Shown piece after piece: positions 1 through 9,951 of a stretch of 64,000 bases of DNA (the first letter of the stretch is position 1; each line of letters opens with the position of its first letter). The DNA comes from Bdellovibrio sp. (GTDB lineage: Bacteria; Bdellovibrionota; Bdellovibrionia; Bdellovibrionales; Bdellovibrionaceae). The notes beneath the pieces are model-generated. The model was not told the DNA's origin and made no database searches. It saw only the letters and a program-made list of their open reading frames with translations. The translations under genes and the position numbers were made by a program. The stretch lies in contig JAKFBS010000004.1 in NCBI GenBank assembly GCA_036677065.1, positions 608,001 to 672,000 on the forward strand, written 5' to 3'.

Positions 1-2190
1 CGTTACAATCACCAGGTCTTGGCGGGTGTAACCAAATTGAATTTCATCGTCTTTATCAATGCCTTCATCGACGTAATTAGAAATGTTTGGCAATTCAAAA
101 ATTCCGGTAATGTGCGAAGTAAAATCCTGTTCAAACGAAAAAACAGTTTGATTGGTGAGCGTTGATTTACGAATGCTGATATCTGAAATTTCGCGGGCTG
201 TGGTGTAGTTCACGCGAAAACGCGCGCGGGTATCAAATAAATACGGCTCAAGGTATCCGGCGGTGGCTTTATATTCGACAAAGTTAATAATCTCGGGATT
301 GTATTTGGCTTCACCTCTTAATGAAGCCCCACGGCCCCAGCCACCGATATTGCGATAAGCGATTCCGGCAAAACCATGCAGAGTTAAATTATTTTCGTTG
401 GTTACCCCGGCCCCTGCAGTAAAAACGCCGGGCTTACGTTCGTTGACGCGCACAACAACCGTGCGTTCTTGTGTGCTGGTGTTGGCTTCAAGTGTGTAAA
501 TTTCAATGGTCGAAAAATGGCCCGTGCGTTGTAAGCGCGTTGTTGATTCATCAAGTTTAGTCGGCGTTAAAAGTTCACCGACTTTAAAATCAAGCTCAGT
601 TAAGATCAGCTTAGCGTGAGTCATGTCGTTACCTTCGATTAAAATCGAACCAACGCGAATTTGTGGACCTTCGAAAATGTCTACACGAATCGAAGCTTCA
701 GTTAAACTGTCAGAGTACTGAATTAAATTTTTATTTTCAGAAAGTAATTTTGATTCGATAAACCCATTATCAGCGTAAAATACTTTTAAATTATTTAAGG
801 CTGTTTCAAGTTCGATAAGGCTTAGTTTTTGCCCTGTTTGAAGAGCTAAAATTTCGTTAATTTTATCTGTCGAAAAAAACTTATTACCAGTGATAGTGAT
901 CTTTTCAATTGTTGCTTGCGGGCCTTCTTCGATTTGTAAAACCACGAGCGCTTTGTTTGACCTGCGGTTTTCTGAGCCGACCTGAATACGAGAAAGTTTG
1001 GCATTTACAAACCCTTCGTTCTGAAGATAAGTGATCAGGTTTTTTGCGGCCTGTTCGACATCAGCCTGGATTAAAACGTGTTCTTGGGTTTTAGATGAAG
1101 ATAATTTTTCGAATAAATTAACATAATACTTTTCAGGACGCGAAATGTTGCCGATGATTGAAATTTTATTAATTTTAACCAGTGGGCCTTCATTGACGTT
1201 TAAGGTGATAATATTTAATTCACCTTCTTTACGTTCGAAATGTAAAACTTCGCAGAAAGCGTAACCTTCAGCCAGATAGCGTAATCTGATTTTTTCGGCC
1301 AGATCTGAACCAAAGTTTTGATCGCTGGTAAAATACTCATCAAGTTTTAAAACTTCGTTAAACAACACCGGTTTATTAATTGAAAGTTCATTGGCATCTT
1401 TATGCTGAAACCGCTGGCCAATGATTTCAATTTTATACTTAGGCTGCGGTGTTAACTTAAAATTTAAACGTGTGCGCTGTTCATCGGCACTGAACGTGAT
1501 CGACGGCGAAGGAATATTTACTAAATAATAGCCTTCTGCATTTAAAGATTTTCTTAAACTTTTGCTGACAATCTTAAGATTGGTGTCAGATAAGATTTTG
1601 CCTTTACCGTTCCAGGTAAAATCGCGCTCAATTTCGAGGGTTTCATCGGCGGGTAAACCATCGACTTTAATCTCAGAAATTTCAGTTTTTTCGCCTGAGT
1701 TAACCTCAATAAATACTTCACGGGTGGTAGTGCTTTTATTGACGATGCGCGAACTAATCTGAACCTTGCGGTAACCGATATTTTTAAAATAATTTTGCAA
1801 ACGTTCAACCGCCGCAGCAGTTTTATTTTCGTCTTGGGCGTCGGCTAAGTTTAAAGCTAAGATTTCTAAAGCCTCTTCTTCATCGATTTCATTAAGATTT
1901 GTGAAATTAATAGCTTCAACTTTTGAGCTTAAGGTGCCGACTAAATAAAGTTCATCGTCTTTTTCGACGACTTTAAGCTGGGTAAAGTTAAGGTCGCGGT
2001 GAATATCTTTGATTAAGACTGAAATTTCTTCAGCGGTAAAACTTTTCTGCAGCAACGCCGGGTGCTTTTTTGCCAGCGGCGCAATGATATCTGCCGGCCA
2101 GTCTTTTAGATTGAATGCAGGGTATGTCTGCGCCAACGCCGGGGCAGTTATAAGTATAAATAAAAAAGAGCAAAGCAGGCTTTTTAGCAC
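1..2190 (-). CDS. Omp85 (BamA/TamA) family outer-membrane assembly protein, 3' end runs off the window
   Basis: Not in the ORF track because it runs off the edge. A GTG at 2190 overlaps the TamB stop and reads MLKSLLCSFLFILITAPALA (signal peptide). POTRA-like segments follow, e.g. EGPQIRVGSILIEGNDMTHAKLILTELDFKVGELL, and the frame is still open at base 1. It lies directly downstream of a TamB-like gene. Confidence 0.85.
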   Translation of the reverse strand, partial: MLKSLLCSFLFILITAPALAQTYPAFNLKDWPADIIAPLAKKHPALLQKSFTAEEISVLIKDIHRDLNFTQLKVVEKDDELYLVGTLSSKVEAINFTNLNEIDEEEALEILALNLADAQDENKTAAAVERLQNYFKNIGYRKVQISSRIVNKSTTTREVFIEVNSGEKTEISEIKVDGLPADETLEIERDFTWNGKGKILSDTNLKIVSKSLRKSLNAEGYYLVNIPSPSITFSADEQRTRLNFKLTPQPKYKIEIIGQRFQHKDANELSINKPVLFNEVLKLDEYFTSDQNFGSDLAEKIRLRYLAEGYAFCEVLHFERKEGELNIITLNVNEGPLVKINKISIIGNISRPEKYYVNLFEKLSSSKTQEHVLIQADVEQAAKNLITYLQNEGFVNAKLSRIQVGSENRRSNKALVVLQIEEGPQATIEKITITGNKFFSTDKINEILALQTGQKLSLIELETALNNLKVFYADNGFIESKLLSENKNLIQYSDSLTEASIRVDIFEGPQIRVGSILIEGNDMTHAKLILTELDFKVGELLTPTKLDESTTRLQRTGHFSTIEIYTLEANTSTQERTVVVRVNERKPGVFTAGAGVTNENNLTLHGFAGIAYRNIGGWGRGASLRGEAKYNPEIINFVEYKATAGYLEPYLFDTRARFRVNYTTAREISDISIRKSTLTNQTVFSFEQDFTSHITGIFELPNISNYVDEGIDKDDEIQFGYTRQDLVIVT

Positions 2191-5100
2191 TATTTAAATT
2201 CCTTTTTATATTCTAGATCCACGCCGTAGTTACCTTTATCATTTTCATTATTTTGAATAATGCTTGTTTCATTCGTATCTGACTGATTTTGATAATTTAA
2301 ATTCAGCGAGTAATCCGGGTGAAACAGCCACTGTAATTTCACTTCATTACTTTGTTGTGAGCCGGTCAAGGGCTTAGAAAACGAAGCATTGATTTTTTTG
2401 CTGATTTTTTTACTAACAACAACTTTCGGTACGGCAATATTCTTAGTTGAGTCCACCGACGGAGCAATTTGTACGTTTAAACCCAGTTTTTCTTGAATTT
2501 GTTTATTAAATTTAGATTGGTTAGAAATCGCCGCAATCACTTCAAGGCCTGTTTGTCTCTGTTGGGTATCTGAAGTTAAGTTCTGATCTTGTTTCGCCGA
2601 CGTAAATCCTAAGGCAAGTAATGAAAAAATATCATTTTCACTTAACGGGGGTTGTGAAGTCGGTTTAATCGACAAATTTTTAGCTTGGCCCGAGATCAAT
2701 AAACTGATGTCGTAATCACTAACCCGTGAACTGGCGTTTAGAAAGATCTCGGGATTTATATCAGCCGTTTTTTGGTCGCCGGGGTTGAAAATCACAAAAC
2801 CTGTTAAAATATCAAAGGGCTTATCTTTAAAGATAAGCTTACTGCCTTGGGCGATATCAACACGGCCGGTGATAATCGGAATTTCAGGCGAACCGGTAAT
2901 GCGTAATTCGCCAGTGGCTGTGCCTTCTAAGATCGAATTTTTAATAATAATCCCTTTAGGAAATTTAGGATTCACATCCAGTAACAGGGTAGGGCTTTGT
3001 TGGTTTAACTGCTGTGGGGGCAGATAACGGCTTGGCGCCAGCGTCAGCTTCATATCCTCGTCGCCGCCAGAAAATTCTTTAGTCACTAAGCCTTGGTCAA
3101 TATTGTAATCAATTTTTAATGTGTACGGCATCCATGACCCGAAGATCTTAACTTTGACTAAACCCGAAGTTTGCATTTGCGGCGGAAACTCTAAATCAAC
3201 GCGCGAGCTTTCAGCCTGAATATTAATATCAATATTTTGGGTGCCTAAAAAATTAATAAATCCAAATCCTGTGATAGGTGATTGGTTTAATTGCGCTTGT
3301 ACATTTGAAATAATTAATTTCGACTGTGAAAAATCAAGAGCCGCATTGATTTCTTTAATCGGGTACGGAAACCCTTTGAATTGCACAACCCCGTTTTTAA
3401 GAGCTCCGTCACCTGCTAAAGATAATTTATGCGAATTTAAATTTAAACCGAAATCAAATTCAAGCTGGCCATTTAAATTTTCTAAAAACGGCACTAGAAA
3501 CTGTAATGGGCGCAGTAAAATTTTGCCGTTAAAATTAATCACCGAGTTATGCTGGCTAATATCAAGACTTTGATCGGCGCCACGTAAGCTAATCGGCGTC
3601 AGTGTTTTTAACCCAGAGGCAAAAACAATTTCACTGGGGCGTTGTAATTTTAAAGTCTGGTTGCTTCGCTGTAATAAAAAATTATTCAGCTTAATAAAAC
3701 CTTTTAAATTAGTTAAATCGATCTTACGAGAGCGCAAATCAATTTCGGCAGTAACCAGCGCCGTTGTATCGACCGAAGGCGGCGGGATTTTGATCAGTGG
3801 CAAAAACGTCAGGGGATTTAAATCACGTAACTGCGCTTTAATAATAAAATCATGGTTATCATTAAATGGCAGTTGCAGTGCCGTCTGGGCTTGGCGCCCA
3901 AACACCTGGCCATTAAAGCTTAAGAAGTTTCTATTAATAACCACATCGCCCTGGCTTGATAATAGCGATTGGCCTTCGATGGTGAAGTCACGCAATGAAG
4001 TTTGACCAGAGATCTGAATGCGATCAATCGTGTCTGTGACTTTGCCATTCAGAGATATTAAGCCCGTTGATTTAGGTAAAAGTTTAACAAAGTGATCCAC
4101 TTCTTCGGCGCGTAAATTTTGCGAAGTAATATCTAAATTGAAGCGGGGATCGTTTTGTTGGGTGTTGATGTGCCCGCCAACGATAATTTGGCCTGAAGGC
4201 TTAGTAAGGATCACGCGATCAAAATTTATTTTTTCGCCAGTGGCGTTAAGATTTGCAATCAATTGATTAAAAGACTCTTCAGCCACAGCACCGCGATTAA
4301 GTTCTGCTTGCAAGCTGTATTTCATTTTCCAGAAGTCTAACGGGCCAGAAAAAGCCATGGCTCCCTGGCCTTGGCCGGTCAGAGTAAAAGGCAGGTAAAA
4401 GCGATCTTTTAAAATCGAGATGACGCTTTTTCCGTAAAGTCTTGGAAGTTTAACATCACCATTAATAGAAGAATCTTGAAAATTTATTTCAAGCCCCCCG
4501 TTATAAAGACTTTTTTCGATTTCGCCCGAGATATTATGCAATGTTAATTCAGAGGCTTTATAACCTAAATCACCAGAGAGTTGACCTAAGTGAAATTTGT
4601 CGATATCAAAGTTTTTAGCATTAAGTTTTGCACTGATAACGCCCCAGTCTGTGGCGCCATTGGTGTTCAGTTCGCCCGAGATAAGACCTTTTAAATTAAG
4701 ATGAGCTAAATTGTCGATATGGGCTAATTCAAAGTTAGTCGCTTTAAACTTCATATCAAAGCCATCATCGAACCCAACTTTACCGGTTGAGGTAAACTCA
4801 GACGTGGCAAGTTTTGCCTGCGCTTCGTAAGCTACACCCTTCAAATTTAAGTTAACTTTGCCGCCGACCAGGGCTTTTTTAACCTGCACGATGTATTTAT
4901 CATTTTTAAGACTGGATTTGACCCAGATATTTTCAGCGATGATTTTGGTGTCGCAATTAGAATCAAAGGGTAAAAGCTGGCCTGTGCAATTTGCTAAAAC
5001 CGAGGCATTCAAATCAGCAGGAATATTTTTTAGTTCAAGCGAGTTAAATAATTTTTGTAAGTTAAATTGGCTAACCTGAACTTTGCTTTTAAATTTAAAC

Positions 5101-6182
5101 GGCTTTTCTTGGCTAAATTGCACATCAGTTAAATGCGCCTGGCCCGCGGGGTGATCAAGGTTGATTTCGTCAAAGGCCACGTTATTGTCTTTGAAATTCA
5201 TTTTAATTTCGGCATTACCGAACTTGATAAAATTGAATTTCAGATTTTCGGTTTGTAATAAGAAGTTTCCAGAATTTTTTGTAAAGCCTGCGCCTTGCAA
5301 TTGGCCAGAAAATTTTAATTGGCCTAAGATCTGTGGCAGGCGTCTGTTTGTCGTATCGAAAAAATAATAAAACGGTTTTAAATTTTCAAATATAAGGGTG
5401 CCGTTTGTTTTGACAGCGAATTCAGGCTTAATCATCGCCATTCTAAAGTTATTTAAAGTGCCGCTGGCATTAATAAATGAGTTTTCAACTTTTGAAGTTA
5501 ATTTATGTAATTCAAGTTTGTTTTCGCTTAATGACGCCTGCCCGGATAGACGTATTGTCGCCCCGGTGATTTTAGAAATATTTTTTGTAACCAGTTCATG
5601 TTCAGAATCAGATAAGGCGATGACCAGGCTTTTCTGTTGATTCGCGACAGTGAGTAAATCGATATTTGATTTAAGCTTTGCAGCTTGGCTTTGAATTTCG
5701 AAAGTGAGCTGGGTGTCGTTGATCACGACTTTGTCGACAGGGATTTTAGGTAATAATTTAAATAACGGCTTTAGATCAATTTCTTTATTATCAGTTTTCG
5801 GTGTTAAGTTTAAAATCGTTTCGTTTAAATTAATTTTAGCATCATCTAAGCGTAAGTAAGATATGTTAAGTTGCCCGATTAATAAATTGAACGGATCAAT
5901 TTGTAGACGAACGCTTGGAACCGTTACTGTATTGCTGGTATCTTTATTTAGCGTAACGCTAATATCGTTGGCATAGGCCTGAAGTTTAATTAAAGAAAAA
6001 TCAAGAGTGCCAACTTCTAGTTTAACCAGCTCTTGCATTTGATTCAGTTTAGGAACTTGGTCTTTTACGGTTTTTAAAATCCAGGGTTTGATGGCGGTTA
6101 ACCACAATACACCCAGTAGCGCTAATGAAACAGCCGGCGTTAATGCCAGGCTAATCTTGGTGGAATTCTTCACGATTTCCAC
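2190..6182 (-). CDS. tamB: TamB/AsmA-like translocation and assembly module protein
   Basis: 1330 aa with an N-terminal TM anchor, a long beta-rich AsmA-like body and a DUF490-like C-terminus (TSQPPLSENDIFSLLALG). Adjacent to the Omp85 gene. Confidence 0.8.
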   Translation of the reverse strand: MEIVKNSTKISLALTPAVSLALLGVLWLTAIKPWILKTVKDQVPKLNQMQELVKLEVGTLDFSLIKLQAYANDISVTLNKDTSNTVTVPSVRLQIDPFNLLIGQLNISYLRLDDAKINLNETILNLTPKTDNKEIDLKPLFKLLPKIPVDKVVINDTQLTFEIQSQAAKLKSNIDLLTVANQQKSLVIALSDSEHELVTKNISKITGATIRLSGQASLSENKLELHKLTSKVENSFINASGTLNNFRMAMIKPEFAVKTNGTLIFENLKPFYYFFDTTNRRLPQILGQLKFSGQLQGAGFTKNSGNFLLQTENLKFNFIKFGNAEIKMNFKDNNVAFDEINLDHPAGQAHLTDVQFSQEKPFKFKSKVQVSQFNLQKLFNSLELKNIPADLNASVLANCTGQLLPFDSNCDTKIIAENIWVKSSLKNDKYIVQVKKALVGGKVNLNLKGVAYEAQAKLATSEFTSTGKVGFDDGFDMKFKATNFELAHIDNLAHLNLKGLISGELNTNGATDWGVISAKLNAKNFDIDKFHLGQLSGDLGYKASELTLHNISGEIEKSLYNGGLEINFQDSSINGDVKLPRLYGKSVISILKDRFYLPFTLTGQGQGAMAFSGPLDFWKMKYSLQAELNRGAVAEESFNQLIANLNATGEKINFDRVILTKPSGQIIVGGHINTQQNDPRFNLDITSQNLRAEEVDHFVKLLPKSTGLISLNGKVTDTIDRIQISGQTSLRDFTIEGQSLLSSQGDVVINRNFLSFNGQVFGRQAQTALQLPFNDNHDFIIKAQLRDLNPLTFLPLIKIPPPSVDTTALVTAEIDLRSRKIDLTNLKGFIKLNNFLLQRSNQTLKLQRPSEIVFASGLKTLTPISLRGADQSLDISQHNSVINFNGKILLRPLQFLVPFLENLNGQLEFDFGLNLNSHKLSLAGDGALKNGVVQFKGFPYPIKEINAALDFSQSKLIISNVQAQLNQSPITGFGFINFLGTQNIDINIQAESSRVDLEFPPQMQTSGLVKVKIFGSWMPYTLKIDYNIDQGLVTKEFSGGDEDMKLTLAPSRYLPPQQLNQQSPTLLLDVNPKFPKGIIIKNSILEGTATGELRITGSPEIPIITGRVDIAQGSKLIFKDKPFDILTGFVIFNPGDQKTADINPEIFLNASSRVSDYDISLLISGQAKNLSIKPTSQPPLSENDIFSLLALGFTSAKQDQNLTSDTQQRQTGLEVIAAISNQSKFNKQIQEKLGLNVQIAPSVDSTKNIAVPKVVVSKKISKKINASFSKPLTGSQQSNEVKLQWLFHPDYSLNLNYQNQSDTNETSIIQNNENDKGNYGVDLEYKKEFK

Positions 6183-7234
6183 TCCACTAACAGGGCTTCA
6201 GCAGAGCGGTAAAAAGGAACAACTTGTAAAATGCTTTCCATTAAGCGGATCGCCAGGTCTTTTTTTCCTAAACCGTGGTAAGCAATCGCTTTTAAATAAG
6301 TAGCACCAAAAGCTGTGTCGGTAGACTGGCTTTCCTGGTTTTCAAGATATTCTAAAATATGTAAGAGCTCTAAGTATTTTCCGGCCTCTAAGAGAGCTTC
6401 AGCGCGCAGCCAGTTTCTGGCAGATGTTTCTGGTGCTTTTTCTAAAACGTTTAAACAGGCTTCATATAATTCAAATTGAAAAGCCAAGATCGCTAAATTG
6501 TATAATTGATCAGGCTGATTTTGTTTTAAGTCATCAGCGATTTTCAGGATGTTGGCATGCATTTCAGTTAAAAACTGTTCGTTGCTAGCGCTTTTATCCA
6601 GACTGGTTTTTGGTTTAACGAGTACACGCTTTGAAATGACCCGCTCTAAAATTTCGTCGGCCTTTTTTTCTAAGTGGGCTTGTTTTAATAAACCGATCTC
6701 TAAATCTTGTGGGTACAGTTTAGTTAACTGCTGGATGACGGCTTCTTCTTGGTCTTGCAATTGCGCTGTACGATAGTGATTGAGTTGTTCGATCAATCTG
6801 GTTTTTTGGCGCAGCCGATCTTCGGTATAATTTTTCTGAATCTCTTTTAATTCTTTTGCGACGCTGACAGAAAAAGTTTTTACGAAGGGCTGCTGTAGGG
6901 CAGTGGCTTCGAAAGGTTGTTTTTCGATGATCTCTTCACAGACATTAAAGGCCTGGTCAGTGATCGGTTTGTTTTGCTTAGATAGGGCTTCAATCAAAAA
7001 GCCTGTCGGAAATAATCCGATTTTTCCGCGCTCAACACATTTTACGTAAAGTTTTTTTAATAAATCAAAGCGGCCGCAAGTGATCAAAAAATGCGAAAGC
7101 CCTTCAATCTCTGAAGGGCTTAGGACTTCCATTTTTTCGTATTTAGCGACTAGCTCGCGGCTGACAAACTCGGTCGAGGTGCCCTCTTGAAAGTAATTAT
7201 GAATTTCAATTTCGAGGCTGTTTGTACCTGCCAA
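6170..7234 (-). CDS. Hypothetical helical protein with C-terminal TPR-like repeats
   Basis: 354 aa ORF with a TTG start after a CAGGGA SD; TPR-like C-terminus (YLKAIAYHGLGKKDLAIRLMESIL). Overlaps the tamB start. Confidence 0.6.
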   Translation of the reverse strand: MAGTNSLEIEIHNYFQEGTSTEFVSRELVAKYEKMEVLSPSEIEGLSHFLITCGRFDLLKKLYVKCVERGKIGLFPTGFLIEALSKQNKPITDQAFNVCEEIIEKQPFEATALQQPFVKTFSVSVAKELKEIQKNYTEDRLRQKTRLIEQLNHYRTAQLQDQEEAVIQQLTKLYPQDLEIGLLKQAHLEKKADEILERVISKRVLVKPKTSLDKSASNEQFLTEMHANILKIADDLKQNQPDQLYNLAILAFQFELYEACLNVLEKAPETSARNWLRAEALLEAGKYLELLHILEYLENQESQSTDTAFGATYLKAIAYHGLGKKDLAIRLMESILQVVPFYRSAEALLVEWKS

Positions 7235-7255
7235 AACTTATCCCTGTATGTGAAT

Positions 7256-7279
7256 GTTCCCACGATCCATCGCGGGAAC
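7256..7279 (-). promoter_or_regulatory. RNA hairpin with AUGGAU loop (candidate CsrA/RsmA site) in the efp-downstream leader
   Basis: Minus strand reads GTTCCCGCGA-TGGA-TCGTGGGAAC, a 10-bp stem with one G-U pair. A second GGA lies in the SD (ACAGGGAT) just downstream. Confidence 0.5.
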
Positions 7280-7305
7280 CAATTTTGATAAATTAAAAAC
7301 TGTAA

Positions 7306-7872
7306 TTACTTTTGACTGACGCGCTCTACGTAAGCGTCTTCAGTAGTATCAATTCTTAAAAGATCGCCTTCATTGATATGAAGAGGAACGTTAACAACTA
7401 ATCCAGTTTCCATCGTAGCTTGCTTAGTAGCACCAGTTACGCGATCACCTTTGATACCAGGTTCAGTTTGCGCAACTCTCATGTTGATGGCTTTCGGGAA
7501 TTCTACGTTCACTGGTTTATCGTTATAGATTGTGATGAACACAGCCAAATTTTCGATTAAATAATTTTTAGCATCGCCTACTTCGTGATCCATCATGCAG
7601 ATTTGTTCGAAAGTAGTTTGATTCATAAAGTTGTAACCGTTGTCATCTTTGTATAAGTAAGTCATCTCGACGTTTTCAACGTTAGGTACTTCAAATTTTT
7701 CGCCAGATTTAAAAGTGCGCTCAAGATTTTGTCCTGTTAACATGTTTCTTAATTTTGTGCGAGAGAACTGATTTCCTTTTCCCGGTTTAACGTGTTGGAA
7801 ATCAACGATCACATAAGGATTGCCTTCAACCATGATCTTTAAATTTTTTCTAAAATCTGCCGTTTCGTACAT
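7306..7872 (-). CDS. efp: Translation elongation factor P
   Basis: 188 aa with the HVKPGKG motif and the C-terminal ATMETGLVVNVPLHINEGD signature. Confidence 0.97.
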   Translation of the reverse strand: MYETADFRKNLKIMVEGNPYVIVDFQHVKPGKGNQFSRTKLRNMLTGQNLERTFKSGEKFEVPNVENVEMTYLYKDDNGYNFMNQTTFEQICMMDHEVGDAKNYLIENLAVFITIYNDKPVNVEFPKAINMRVAQTEPGIKGDRVTGATKQATMETGLVVNVPLHINEGDLLRIDTTEDAYVERVSQK

Positions 7873-7927
7873 ACATACTCCAAAGTATTATTTATTTTAA
7901 TATCTTATGAGTTTAGCTGTTTACGAG

Positions 7928-8788
7928 CTAGTTGTGAACTAATCGCTCATTTTGCATGGCAATTATTCTGCGCAGCAGTAAATCGAGGGCTTTTTGTTTT
8001 TTCTCGATGATAAGTGCTTTTTTAGATTCAGAAATTTTTGATTCTGCTTTAGGGCGTATTTTTTCAGCAGTTTCGTATTGCGAAAGCTTTAGTAAACGCG
8101 ACTCGATTTCAGAATGAGTTCCGAACTCAGATTTGCATTCATAAAGCAATTTAAGCGCTTTAGCGTAATCTTGGCGCATAGAAAAGGCATCAATCAAAGA
8201 TAAAATGCGCTCTAGTTTCGGCGAAATTTGCCCAAACGGTGCCGTGCTTGGTTCGGGCTGGGCAGGTTCTGGAGTTTCGGCCATCTGATTTAAAGATTGG
8301 GCTGAAAAATCCTTATCCGCATCGATGTCCTCATCAGCCGTCAACATTTCTAATTTTGCCACTGCTTTGCGCGCCACTGGGTGCGTTTGATTAAACATTA
8401 ATACTTTTTTAAAATCAGCTAAGGCCTGTTTGTGGCGGCCCATGCGCACATAAAGATCAGCACGCATCAGATAAGCTTGCCAGTTTTGCGGCGCTAGGCG
8501 GATCGATTTTCCGAGCAAGGCTTCAGCTTCTGGAAAATGATTTCTTGTTTTTAAAATGCGAGTTAAAATTAGCATTCCGCTCACAGAGTTTGGATGAAAA
8601 TGTAAGCCCTTTTGAAGAATGTCATAAGCTTCATCAGTCATGTCTTTTTCAAGATATAAATCTGCTAATTGAGGAAAAGATAACGAGCGTGGATTCAGCT
8701 CAAGCTCTGCTTGTAAGCTTTCGATTTTCTTCGTAGATAAATCTTTTTTAGGCATTCCATCTTGTGTCATCTGAATTAATTCTGGCAT
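7928..8788 (-). CDS. Tetratricopeptide repeat protein
   Basis: Several TPR helices (FPQLADLYLEKDMTDEAYDIL; AYLMRADLYVRMGRHKQALADFKKVL). Confidence 0.75.
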   Translation of the reverse strand: MPELIQMTQDGMPKKDLSTKKIESLQAELELNPRSLSFPQLADLYLEKDMTDEAYDILQKGLHFHPNSVSGMLILTRILKTRNHFPEAEALLGKSIRLAPQNWQAYLMRADLYVRMGRHKQALADFKKVLMFNQTHPVARKAVAKLEMLTADEDIDADKDFSAQSLNQMAETPEPAQPEPSTAPFGQISPKLERILSLIDAFSMRQDYAKALKLLYECKSEFGTHSEIESRLLKLSQYETAEKIRPKAESKISESKKALIIEKKQKALDLLLRRIIAMQNERLVHN

Positions 8789-8833
8789 TATATTGATTAT
8801 GCTGCAAGCGTATATGTAACATAGGTGTAGATT

Positions 8834-9361
8834 ATGATTATTTTAGGAATTGACCCTGGGTCACGATTTTTAGGTTTTGCAGCGCTTGAAGTAACGAGCG
8901 TGCAACCACTTATCATGAAGCCCCTTGAATACGGCGTTCTTAAATTTAATGCCGAAGAAAACCTAAGCCAAAGATTACTAGAAATCGGTGAAGGAATCGC
9001 TGATCTGATGAAAAGTTATAAACCAGATCATATGAGTTTAGAAAAAATCTTTTTAGGTAAAAATGCAGATAGCGCTTTTAAATTAGGTCACGCTCGCGGC
9101 GTAGTGATTTATGAAGCCTTAAAAGCGGGTGTCGAAGTTCACGAATACGCAACTCGTGTTGTGAAAAAAGGCATTACTGGCAATGGTGGATCAGAAAAAG
9201 AGCATGTGCGCTTAGTTGTGCAAAATCTTTTAAAACTTCCGCCGGTTAAATCTTTAGATGCCTCTGATGCCTTGGCGATGGCTTGTTATCATGCTACACA
9301 ATTACGTTTTACAGCGCTTAAAAAAACTATCGCAAAAACGAAGCGGGAGATCTCAGCATGA
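8834..9361 (+). CDS. ruvC: Holliday junction resolvase RuvC
   Basis: ILGIDPGSR, KLGHARGV and DASDALAMA motifs; first gene of ruvCAB. Confidence 0.97.
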   Translation: MIILGIDPGSRFLGFAALEVTSVQPLIMKPLEYGVLKFNAEENLSQRLLEIGEGIADLMKSYKPDHMSLEKIFLGKNADSAFKLGHARGVVIYEALKAGVEVHEYATRVVKKGITGNGGSEKEHVRLVVQNLLKLPPVKSLDASDALAMACYHATQLRFTALKKTIAKTKREISA

Positions 9362-9951
9362 TCGGATTTTTAGAAGGTACAGTATTTGATGTAACCGCTG
9401 ATAATTTTATTTTAAAAGTAAATGGCGTGGGTTACGAAATCATGGCCACGACGCAAACTTTATCTGATGCCCAGGTTTTAATGGGCCAAACCTTACCGTT
9501 ATGGATTTATTCACACGTACGTGAAGATGCATTTTCACTTTTTGGTTTTTTAACAAAACCAGAAAAAGAATTTTTCATGCAATTATTAAAAGTAAATGGC
9601 ATAGGGCCTAAGATGGCCTTAACGGCGATGTCAGGGGCTCCGATGGCGCAAATCCAAACTTGGATTGAAGCCGGCGATGCAAAAGCTTTATCGGGTTTAC
9701 CTAAGATCGGTAAAAAAACGGCAGAACAAATCGTACTTACGCTTCAGGGTAAGTTAGTTATTATTGAAACTAAAGGTAAAGCGGGCGTTAAAGCCAGACC
9801 TGAAACTCACAGACAAATTGCTTCGGCTTTAGTGAATTTAGGTTTTAAGTCAAATTTAGTAGAGCAATTTGTTGATTCAGTTCCTGTCAGTGCCACTTTA
9901 GAAGATGGTGTTCGCCAAGGATTACAAAAATTGACTGGCCAAACGCTATGA
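9358..9951 (+). CDS. ruvA: Holliday junction branch migration protein RuvA
   Basis: VNGVGYEI, HVREDAFSLFGF and the HhH motif VNGIGPKMAL; ATGA overlap with ruvC. Confidence 0.97.
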   Translation: MIGFLEGTVFDVTADNFILKVNGVGYEIMATTQTLSDAQVLMGQTLPLWIYSHVREDAFSLFGFLTKPEKEFFMQLLKVNGIGPKMALTAMSGAPMAQIQTWIEAGDAKALSGLPKIGKKTAEQIVLTLQGKLVIIETKGKAGVKARPETHRQIASALVNLGFKSNLVEQFVDSVPVSATLEDGVRQGLQKLTGQTL

